Of a stretch of 64,000 nucleotides of DNA, positions 36,539-44,709 are shown one piece after another. Position numbers and translations under genes: made by a program. Within the stretch, counting starts at the first letter, position 1. Each line of letters opens with the position of its first letter. The notes beneath the pieces were generated by a model. It had not been told where the DNA came from and did not search any database. It worked only from the letters and a program-made list of their open reading frames with translations. The stretch is from positions 14,748 to 78,747 of the IMG/VR virus record IMGVR_UViG_3300020579_000009; one strand, given 5' to 3'. Source of the stretch: a virus.

Positions 36539-36895
36539 TCAATTCATATCCTCAACGACGTAATAAACATTGTAAGTAACGCCTGCTGGAGGCCCTCCTG
36601 TTGCTGAGGTGATGGGCTGTCCGGCTTTTACCCGAACTAGAACGGAAAAACCCGCCGCAGCCACATTGTTAATTGGGTCTACCGATTGGAATTGCCCCGA
36701 ACCTCCAACGGTCTGAGAACCCAAATCATCTGTGTACATAACAGGCACTGTGAAAGGAGTTGCTGGCGAGGCTTCAAGATATTCCGATATCCTGAATAGG
36801 CCAGAACTACTAGGCGTAAACAAGGTGGCACTAAACGCTCCAGTCTGATTTAGAGACTGGATTGAAGCTACAATGGTTGGGACTTCAGCTTTCAT
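36539..36895 (-). CDS. Small beta-sandwich protein (paralog of the 48476 C-terminal domain)
   Basis: TLFTPSSSGLFRISEY vs TLLIPTANGYYRISCY; SD AAGGAG. Confidence 0.6.
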   Translation of the reverse strand: MKAEVPTIVASIQSLNQTGAFSATLFTPSSSGLFRISEYLEASPATPFTVPVMYTDDLGSQTVGGSGQFQSVDPINNVAAAGFSVLVRVKAGQPITSATGGPPAGVTYNVYYVVEDMN

Positions 36896-36908
36896 ATCTT
36901 CTCCTTTT

Positions 36909-39215
36909 TTATTTGCTATCACAACTGATTTGAATGACTTCAGTGTCGTTGACTGTCGGTGTCCCATTATAGGTAAAAACTACGCCGGTAGTCGTCAAAG
37001 AACTAGGAGTCAAAATACTTTGATTATCCGTAATGAGCGGCTGGTTTCCACCAACTTCTATAGCCGAACACACCACGCTCGATACATCAACGAATGGCGT
37101 CGGAAAAGTGTAGGTAATCGTGGGGTTTGCCGCTTGTCCTGCTCCGGTGTTGGTGATGGTTCCTTGAACGAGGCGGGTGTTGCCGGAGAGTGCTGTCCAT
37201 GCCGCCGATGCTCCCCAGCCCGCGCTGAGAACGAGTTTTGCCGCCGTGATGGTTGTTCCGCTGATGGAGTTTGAACCGAAGTAGGTTCCTGCGGCGATGC
37301 TGTTTGCAGAGCCGCCCTGTATAAATGTATTGCCGCCGTCATCATAGAATTGCGAGCCAGCAGTGGTGATAAGAAATTGATTGTTAGCGCCTGCCGCTTT
37401 TACGGTGGTGCCGCGAACGTGCATCTGCGTTACCGTGCTGTTCAGCCAAATGGCCGCGCCGCCAGCCGACGTAGATAACATGCCCAGAGAATCATTGGTG
37501 AGATTCACGGTGCAGGCTGCGACACATTGTGTTTTCATGACGGTACACGCAGTGCTGAAAGCGCAATTGAGGAAATCCCCGTTGGAATTAAGCATGCCTG
37601 TAGAAGTAGCGTCATTGACTAAAACGATGGGGGTCAGGAAGTTCTGTCCGTAGTAACTACCGTTTGAGTTGATGATGGATGGCTGGCCGTTGGTGCCTGC
37701 CAGCAAATTAAAAACGATGGAAGTCCCATTTGAGCCGAAGCAGGCAATCTGGGCAAGCTGCATGACTACTCCCGCGTTTGTGGCGGTGCAGTTGATTGCG
37801 CCGAACAATTCCGAAATGTCGTTGAAATATACCGGGTCGCCGCACGAAGAACGCCCCATATCAAACCCTACGGCGTTGGGGTCAAGTATTCCCCAGTTGG
37901 AAAACGTGAGATTGAATCCCGTAGAGCCTGTGCACCCGCCGCCGAATGGTGAGCCGTCAAGTTCAAACAGGTTGATAGTGGGATTCCCAGAAATCGAAGC
38001 CTGTCCCAATCCATTGATGCCAAAATCGTGAGCCGCAAGATTGGGAATTCCGCCATTGCAGGCGTGGGCGCTGAATCCGTTCGTGCATCCAGCATAGTTG
38101 TAATTCGGCGTTGGAATCAGGACGGAGTTTGCTGGCCCTTGTCCAAAGACTTCCGGGCCTGTTTGGTTCACGTCGATGGGGGAATTGCCGGAAACGCCAG
38201 TCCATCCACCGCACGGAACGCTTAAAGAAGCGCCCGCGATATTCATTACCGGCCCGCCGATAAAAGCATTGCCTTCCGGGAACTGCAAAGCCTTGCAAGC
38301 GCCGGGAGTTGAGAAGGCTGCCGTCGCCGCTGCGTTAATGGCCGTAGCGTCGTCTTGGCTGCCCCATGCGAGAGCGCAAAGAGGATTCCCTGCCGGGACG
38401 CAATTGGCGAGCGCGGTTGCGGCTGCGGTGATGCTGGTCGCGCTGTTGACGGTCGTGATGGTCGTTTGAGCTAGGAGCGCAGCGTAGTTGCCCGTGCCAT
38501 TGTTCGCGCTGTTCGGCCCTGCGTAGCCGAAAACAATTTTCCCGACATCCGTCCCCGCAACTCCCGCTGTCGAGCAAGGATAGACCGCCCCCGGACATTG
38601 GAAATTGCAATCCCCTGCTCCGCAAGTAACCGTGGCGCTGCCGATGGAGAACGTTGCGTTCATGGTATATTTCGCATCCCACTTCGCACCATAGGCGAGC
38701 GGAGAAATTGTCTGCGAAGGGTTGGATGGAAACCAGGTATTCGTGGCGGTGCAGATAAAAACGCCGTAGCCCGTGCCATTGATAGTCAAGTTTACCGGAG
38801 CCGTAGTTCCCGGTGTGCAAGTAGCAGGCAGTACAGAGACACTGGTAATGGCGGAGCCGCCACCACCGCTAGGCCCTGTGAGTGTGATATTGGTTAGGAC
38901 GGTGGAATAGCCAGTGCCGAAACTCTGGACGACATAGGAACCTGCCGGGGCAAAGAACGTGTAGTGCCCGTTGGCCTGTACGGAGAATGGGTTAGCTTGC
39001 TGCGTGGTGCCGCTCTGGTCGCTGTAGATAAGCGTCAGGGGGGAGCACGGAGGCCCACCAGACCCACCAGAAGCGCATACAGCGATGCTTGCAGGGCCAT
39101 TGGGGAATCCGGCAGGAGCTACGCTGCCATCAAACCTCACGACCGCAGGTGTCGTTTGCTGCGCCCTTGCCAGAGGAGCCAGTAGCAGCAACATAAAAAA
39201 TAGTATTTTCCTCAT
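36909..39215 (-). CDS. Tailspike/fibre-like protein with signal peptide
   Basis: MRKILFFMLLLLAPLARA|QQ; NPFSVQANGHYTFFAP head-binding-like domain; YGAKWD...DDATAINAA beta-helix entry motif. Confidence 0.7.
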   Translation of the reverse strand: MRKILFFMLLLLAPLARAQQTTPAVVRFDGSVAPAGFPNGPASIAVCASGGSGGPPCSPLTLIYSDQSGTTQQANPFSVQANGHYTFFAPAGSYVVQSFGTGYSTVLTNITLTGPSGGGGSAITSVSVLPATCTPGTTAPVNLTINGTGYGVFICTATNTWFPSNPSQTISPLAYGAKWDAKYTMNATFSIGSATVTCGAGDCNFQCPGAVYPCSTAGVAGTDVGKIVFGYAGPNSANNGTGNYAALLAQTTITTVNSATSITAAATALANCVPAGNPLCALAWGSQDDATAINAAATAAFSTPGACKALQFPEGNAFIGGPVMNIAGASLSVPCGGWTGVSGNSPIDVNQTGPEVFGQGPANSVLIPTPNYNYAGCTNGFSAHACNGGIPNLAAHDFGINGLGQASISGNPTINLFELDGSPFGGGCTGSTGFNLTFSNWGILDPNAVGFDMGRSSCGDPVYFNDISELFGAINCTATNAGVVMQLAQIACFGSNGTSIVFNLLAGTNGQPSIINSNGSYYGQNFLTPIVLVNDATSTGMLNSNGDFLNCAFSTACTVMKTQCVAACTVNLTNDSLGMLSTSAGGAAIWLNSTVTQMHVRGTTVKAAGANNQFLITTAGSQFYDDGGNTFIQGGSANSIAAGTYFGSNSISGTTITAAKLVLSAGWGASAAWTALSGNTRLVQGTITNTGAGQAANPTITYTFPTPFVDVSSVVCSAIEVGGNQPLITDNQSILTPSSLTTTGVVFTYNGTPTVNDTEVIQISCDSK

Positions 39216-39847
39216 TGTGTCAACTTCCTCCCCAAATAAACACCTCCGCCGCTCCCTCCACCCCCAGCGTTGGTCGCTGGCGTATTGCCAGCCGCTGGTG
39301 TTGTGATTCCAGTAACGGCAAGGTCGGAAGCGAGTTGCAATCGCCCTCGTAATATCTGCTGCTGAGCCACGGCGATAGTCGCAGCGGTATATGCGATGGG
39401 CGGAGAACCTACAGCCGGAGGGACACTTACAAATAATACGCGCTGCAAGGATTCATCGAAGTAGGGATAAAAGAAGTATTGCGTGTTGGCGAGAAGCCCA
39501 GTGATGGTTTGATTGCCGGGGAAAGGGCCAGCTACGGTGTTGTCATCCCGGTATATCCGCAGGATAGAAGAATTGTTGGTGCCGTCCCAGAAAAGGGAGA
39601 TGGACGTAGTAGAAGGACATGTAAAACCGAAATTTGTAGCCAGCGCGGTGGTGCGGCTACCGGCAGACTTTAACTGCGTGCTGGTAGGGTCAACCACAGG
39701 CTTGTTAAGAGAGCTAAACCCTGCGCCGGAAAGGTTCTGTCCCACAAGGATATTGAGTGAGGTTTGAACCCAGTCCAGAAACTCATGCGTGCCGTGACTC
39801 AGATTCTCGTCGTGCGGTCGCAAGCTATATTGTCGTAACCTGCCCAT
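39212..39847 (-). CDS. Tail-associated protein with FN3-like domain
   Basis: TSISLFWD...TITGLLANTQYFF. Confidence 0.55.
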   Translation of the reverse strand: MGRLRQYSLRPHDENLSHGTHEFLDWVQTSLNILVGQNLSGAGFSSLNKPVVDPTSTQLKSAGSRTTALATNFGFTCPSTTSISLFWDGTNNSSILRIYRDDNTVAGPFPGNQTITGLLANTQYFFYPYFDESLQRVLFVSVPPAVGSPPIAYTAATIAVAQQQILRGRLQLASDLAVTGITTPAAGNTPATNAGGGGSGGGVYLGRKLTQ

Positions 39848-40354
39848 CTATCCGCCCCACTCGTAAATCCTACCCCGCTCGAACTTCGTCGCCACGCCCG
39901 TTAGGTTCTCTATCTCAAAAGGTGCCGCGACAACGACGTAAGTAGCTCCATTCCGCTTGAGTTTGTCTTTAGATGCCGCCAGTCTATTCTTGAAACTGGT
40001 CAGCGAATCTCCCCCTGGTATGGGAATATCGGGATTGGCTTTCCAGCGTTCGCGCATATCGGAGAGCAGTTTTTCCGCTTTGTCCTTGCTCTGGCCGTGC
40101 GCGTTGGCAAAGTTGAAGCGTCTGAGACTTTTCCATTCCTCGCAAGGCACGCCAAGATTGCGGGCAAGGAAGAACCCGCTCTGCCCATCCAAGTCCGAGC
40201 ACACTACCTTCTGAGCGCCGAGTTCCTTGAGGCGCGGGGTCAATTCCTTGAGTTTTTTGAGCTTTTCCCGTGGAGCAGGTGTCTGCCGCCAGCCCATGAC
40301 TCTTTGCTGTTGGTCGTAGATGGATTCCGCTGGGAGTACGAAAAGCACCTTCAT
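39848..40354 (-). CDS. Histidine-phosphatase-fold protein lacking catalytic residues
   Basis: RVMGW..TP, VVCSDL, PGGDSL..F..R retained; RHG replaced by LPA. Confidence 0.6.
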   Translation of the reverse strand: MKVLFVLPAESIYDQQQRVMGWRQTPAPREKLKKLKELTPRLKELGAQKVVCSDLDGQSGFFLARNLGVPCEEWKSLRRFNFANAHGQSKDKAEKLLSDMRERWKANPDIPIPGGDSLTSFKNRLAASKDKLKRNGATYVVVAAPFEIENLTGVATKFERGRIYEWGG

Positions 40355-42330
40355 GGCGCTTGCTCCTCTCTGAGAATGCTTGCGATTCTTCCGGCCTTCC
40401 CGGCCTTTGAACCTTTAGACTTGGTTTCCGCTTTCTGTTCTTTGGTCATTTCCTTAATCATGTCGGCGTTTTGCTGCATACGCTGCTCCGCTTGCTGAAT
40501 CTCTGCATCGGAGAATACGCCTTCTCCTGCCACGCGCAACCTGTCTTTGATGTGCGCGTTCTCGACGCGTAGAGCTTGCAGTTTGTCAGCCAGGCTCACG
40601 GGCTTCAGTGTTTCTTCCACGCCCTTCGGGTTGATTCCGCCCTTCCAATCGCCTCCAGGACTAGGCGGAGGGTTTGCCGCAACTCCTCCCGGAGATGGAC
40701 TACCGCTACTAGGTGTTCCACGTGGAACATTTGGAGTGCCTGACGGGGGTTTCTGTATCGGCCCTTCGAGCGGTGGCCCTGTTCGCTCCGAGCCTGCCGC
40801 AGTAGTCTTTTGAATCTCTTTGAGGAGTTTTCCCATGTCGGCAGCGTCCAGCATGTTCGCCACTTTGCCAGCCACAATGATAGGCAGAACAAGCCCCAAC
40901 CCCGGCAAGCCCGATGCCTGCCCTACAGCTGCCGCTCCTATCGCCGCTGGCCCCGCCGTCAGCGGGTGACGGATGATGGCCTTGATTTTCCCCATGAAGT
41001 TCGCTTTGGTTTCCTGCGAGTAACGGTCAAGGTCAACGCCCAACTCCTGAGCTTTGGCAAACGACTTCGCGTCAATGCCGTACTTGTCGAGGGCTTGCTT
41101 GATTTCTCCTGCCGCCGTGGCGTTCTTTGGGTCAATGAGCTTTGAAAGAGCATTCGAGTGGTTCGGCTCGTCTACCAACTGGCCTAGCAATCCGCTCTGC
41201 ATTCCCTTATAAGTCCGCGTTTCATCGATGTAGTGCTGCCAGAGTTTCGCCTGCTGTGTACCCAATTCCTGCGCCCTGTCTCCAGTGGCTTTGTGGAGAC
41301 CGTCATAAAGAGCGTTGAGCGCAGCGGCTTCGCGGAACTTCCCTGCACGTTCTAGGGCCGCAGCATCCCTGCCTACGTCGGTCGTAAAAGACTTTGCCTC
41401 TCTCAGCGGAATCATGGGCCTGGATTCCGCTCTAAGAATCTGTCCTTCCGCCCCTTCTGGCAGCGCCTTCATGGTCTTGCCCATCACGTCTCTAGCCGCC
41501 CCTGCCGCTTTGGACACATCGACAAAACCCGTCTGATTGCCTTTACTCTGCATGTCCATCTCATCGGCGGATAGGACGCTATTCACGCTCTGGCTGATTT
41601 CTCCATTCGGCCCCATAATGCGCTCGTTGAGCATAGCCAGAGGCTTACGCAACATGTCGTTTACGACACTGACTTTGCCCTTGTCGATAGCAAGATTCCG
41701 GTGGATGAGTTTCTCCGATGCGCTAATCTTGGCCTTCAATCCCTCATCTATCGCTTCCGGCCCCGCCATCTGCATCTTAAGTCCAGAGAGGCCGCCAATC
41801 CCAGAAGCGATTGAACGAGGGTCGCCGCGCTTGATTCCCTGCTCGATGTCGCTAGAACCACTTTCAATCCCCGAAGCCACCCCTTCAATCCCTTTTGCCG
41901 CCATGTCGAACGGAGTCATCAAGGCAGCGCCAACGGAAGCTAGTGGCAGGTATTTCTCCATCGGCTCATTGCCACCCAGAGCCTTTTTCCAGTTGCCGAA
42001 GGAATCTTTGGCCATTCCGCCGAAAGCCGTCCCTGCCTGTTTAGCGGCATCTCCGAGCGTGTCGGCGTCTTTGATTCCGAAGGCTCCCAAAGCTGCCTGC
42101 GTAGCGGAATGAACGGGACTATCCCCGGCGTTTAGGATTGGCCCGCCCTTGCGGTTCTGGTAGGAGCCTGCTGGCACCGCGCCTTGATGCACGCCTAGCT
42201 GTTCTTCGGTGGGCTCATTAGCAGGATGGAACACACCGACAGGATTCCCGTTTGCATCCCATCGCTGTCCACTCGGAGGCGGCGGGGTATCGGAGACCGG
42301 GTTGCCTTGTGCGTCCCAGCGTTGCGGCAT
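40351..42330 (-). CDS. Putative DNA ejection/internal virion protein
   Basis: 659 aa, A/G-rich helical, after nozzle; N-terminal WDAxGNPV repeat. Confidence 0.55.
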   Translation of the reverse strand: MPQRWDAQGNPVSDTPPPPSGQRWDANGNPVGVFHPANEPTEEQLGVHQGAVPAGSYQNRKGGPILNAGDSPVHSATQAALGAFGIKDADTLGDAAKQAGTAFGGMAKDSFGNWKKALGGNEPMEKYLPLASVGAALMTPFDMAAKGIEGVASGIESGSSDIEQGIKRGDPRSIASGIGGLSGLKMQMAGPEAIDEGLKAKISASEKLIHRNLAIDKGKVSVVNDMLRKPLAMLNERIMGPNGEISQSVNSVLSADEMDMQSKGNQTGFVDVSKAAGAARDVMGKTMKALPEGAEGQILRAESRPMIPLREAKSFTTDVGRDAAALERAGKFREAAALNALYDGLHKATGDRAQELGTQQAKLWQHYIDETRTYKGMQSGLLGQLVDEPNHSNALSKLIDPKNATAAGEIKQALDKYGIDAKSFAKAQELGVDLDRYSQETKANFMGKIKAIIRHPLTAGPAAIGAAAVGQASGLPGLGLVLPIIVAGKVANMLDAADMGKLLKEIQKTTAAGSERTGPPLEGPIQKPPSGTPNVPRGTPSSGSPSPGGVAANPPPSPGGDWKGGINPKGVEETLKPVSLADKLQALRVENAHIKDRLRVAGEGVFSDAEIQQAEQRMQQNADMIKEMTKEQKAETKSKGSKAGKAGRIASILREEQAP

Positions 42331-43398
42331 CTATTTATACCAAGTCTTTGTTTTGGCATCCCATTGAGCGTCGGCAGGCACACCCTTTGGCCGGGCGGGT
42401 GCTGAACCTTGCGGCGCGGCTGCCGTGCCTGCCTTTGGCGTTGGCCGGAACTCCGGCGACGGCGCACTTTGCACCTGCGGAACATCTACTCCAAGAGCAT
42501 TGAAGAGCCACGATTTCACGCTAGGGTCACGCGCTGCGGCTTCGTTGGCAATCTGCGTCCGCGTTCCCGACATGACCTGAGCAACATCTTCCGTGGTCGC
42601 ATCCTTGTGTAGAGAACGGTAGTTCCTACCTGCTTCGTTAGCCGCTGCTTGCGCCTCATCCACGATGTTATGGCGGACTTTCTCATCCGTGGCGGCTTGC
42701 TTGAAGTTCCAGTTATGCACCATGTTGTCGTGCTGGTTCTTGACACTCTGAACGTAGGCATCGGCGCGTTCTTTCATGCTATCCGCGCGAGATGCAGCCG
42801 CAGCGCCCATCTGGCCGCGATAGTTGGCCAGTCCGGCTGCCTGAGTGAGTCCGGTAGTGGCGCGGAGTTCCTCTGTAGGGATGGCTTCCTGGTCTTTGAG
42901 AGCTGCAAGCTGGTCGCCCAGAGATTTCTGTTGTGCTCCGTACTGCCGTATGCCCGGCCCGTAGACAACGCCCTGTACATCTTGACCGGGGCGTGTAGCA
43001 GCTCCTAACGTGATAAGGGCCTGCCCTAGATTGTGAAAAAATCCCTTCACCCCTTCCCCGTGCCGAATGTCGGGCGTCCAACCCATCTTTGGCGGTTGCA
43101 TCGCAGCCATTTTTTTCTGGATGTCCTGCTCTTGGCTGCCGATTTGTTCTAGCCTTCCGCTGGCCTGCTGATATTGAGGAAGGTTAGATACTTGGCTGAC
43201 CATCGAAGCTAGGTCTGTCCCACCAGTAGCCGGAGCACCTCCTTGTGGCTGGACAGGACTGGTCGGAGGAATAGCGGAAGGCCCCGGTGCAATAGGCACT
43301 CCAGCTTGTGGCTGCCCACCGCCCATCATCCCCATCAGTTGCATGAGCTGCGGAGGAAGTGGGCTATCCGTTGCTTGGGTTACGTCGCCTTCAGCCAT
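42331..43398 (-). CDS. Putative ejection protein
   Basis: Q/A-rich; RHN..DE motif; C-terminal PKGVPADAQWD. Confidence 0.55.
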   Translation of the reverse strand: MAEGDVTQATDSPLPPQLMQLMGMMGGGQPQAGVPIAPGPSAIPPTSPVQPQGGAPATGGTDLASMVSQVSNLPQYQQASGRLEQIGSQEQDIQKKMAAMQPPKMGWTPDIRHGEGVKGFFHNLGQALITLGAATRPGQDVQGVVYGPGIRQYGAQQKSLGDQLAALKDQEAIPTEELRATTGLTQAAGLANYRGQMGAAAASRADSMKERADAYVQSVKNQHDNMVHNWNFKQAATDEKVRHNIVDEAQAAANEAGRNYRSLHKDATTEDVAQVMSGTRTQIANEAAARDPSVKSWLFNALGVDVPQVQSAPSPEFRPTPKAGTAAAPQGSAPARPKGVPADAQWDAKTKTWYK

Positions 43399-44123
43399 TA
43401 TTTCCCCTGACCTGTTGGAATGCCGCCAGCACCGAAGATGCCGCCAGCCATTTGCCCGATTGCGCTCATCGTTTCAGCGGCGGTATTTGTCGGCTGCTGA
43501 ATGCTAGTGCTCGTTTGCCCCAGCAAAGAGGCTGGATTAAAGAGTTGCGCGAGCGAAGAAAGTCCTTGCGCTCCGCCCATCTGCATCATTTCGTTCTGGA
43601 AAAGATTCTGCAAATACATCTGCGAAAGATTTTGGGCTTGTCCGGTAGCTTCTCCACCAAGCATGGCAGCCTGCATTCCCGATGGTGCGGCACCATAGCC
43701 GGAAGCGTTCAGTCTTTGTTTCGACAGAGCCGCTGCATTTTCTCCATGGTTCACGCCTTGCCCGAAACTGGCTTGCTGCTGTTGCTGATAATACGGCGAA
43801 CCAAGATTCATCAGTTGCTTGAAAAAATCCATTGCCGGGCCTGCGGAACCGCCCATCATCTTCGTAAACCAAGGAATCAAGGCGTTTCTTGCCAAGCCCG
43901 TTTGCAGGTTGGTTTCCGCAAGGTTGGCAGCCAAAGCTCCACCATCCTTAGTGCCAAAGCCATAAGGATTTGTCGTTCCCGTCGCGCCAGCCGGACTGGC
44001 GGAAGGCGGAGAACCAAACAAGGAAGGCCCGCCAGGAATACCGGGCATGTTTGTGCCTGTCTGTCCCGGCCATCCAAGAGGATTAGAGCCTTGTCCCTGT
44101 AACGGGTTAGGCATCGTACTCAT
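43398..44123 (-). CDS. Putative ejection/pilot protein
   Basis: G/Q/M-rich, as expected for P22/T7-type internal proteins. Confidence 0.55.
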   Translation of the reverse strand: MSTMPNPLQGQGSNPLGWPGQTGTNMPGIPGGPSLFGSPPSASPAGATGTTNPYGFGTKDGGALAANLAETNLQTGLARNALIPWFTKMMGGSAGPAMDFFKQLMNLGSPYYQQQQQASFGQGVNHGENAAALSKQRLNASGYGAAPSGMQAAMLGGEATGQAQNLSQMYLQNLFQNEMMQMGGAQGLSSLAQLFNPASLLGQTSTSIQQPTNTAAETMSAIGQMAGGIFGAGGIPTGQGK

Positions 44124-44707
44124 TCAAACGCCATCCTTCCTCCGCGCTGGCTTCCACTACCTTGCTGCAAAAACTGCTGTAGCCACGCCTGCATGGGATT
44201 CGGAGTTTGCGCCGGTGCTTTAGGTGCCGGAGGCGCGTAGCTGAAAGGATTCCCTCCAAGAGCGTTCTGCAAGAGTGTGTTCGGCATTCCCAGAACAGGG
44301 TCGCTGCCGGCGCCTGTAGCGGCTCCGCCAAAGGGGTCGTTGCTCGTCGGATTGAAAGACAGGTTCCCTCCAGGCCGTCCGAAGAGTCCTCCCGCATAGG
44401 TAGCAAGGTCTTGACGATAGGCAGAATCAAACGGCCCTGTGCCCGTAGCCCGCACCGACTCAGCGCCCATTACATTCGCAGGAGGAGGCGGAGCTTGGTA
44501 GGCCGGAGTACCACCGGGAGGATTTTGCGCTGTAAACTGCCCTGCTCTTACCATCTGCGATGTCCCACCAGAAGTAGGCGTTTGGTTTTGCGCCATGGGC
44601 TTTGCGCCGACAGGGCCAACGGAGGGGCTTTTCCCGCCAAAGTAAGGCACGCCAGTCTTGCCGGGTTGCCCCATCATCACATTCATAGGGTTAAACATTG
44701 TTCCCAT
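44120..44707 (-). CDS. G/P-rich virion-module protein
   Basis: Packed after the nozzle gene. Confidence 0.55.
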   Translation of the reverse strand: MGTMFNPMNVMMGQPGKTGVPYFGGKSPSVGPVGAKPMAQNQTPTSGGTSQMVRAGQFTAQNPPGGTPAYQAPPPPANVMGAESVRATGTGPFDSAYRQDLATYAGGLFGRPGGNLSFNPTSNDPFGGAATGAGSDPVLGMPNTLLQNALGGNPFSYAPPAPKAPAQTPNPMQAWLQQFLQQGSGSQRGGRMAFE

Positions 44708-44709
44708 AA

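Noticed and set aside
35583-39215. Diversity-generating retroelement targeting spike genes
   Set aside because: No reverse transcriptase and no template/variable repeat pair found.
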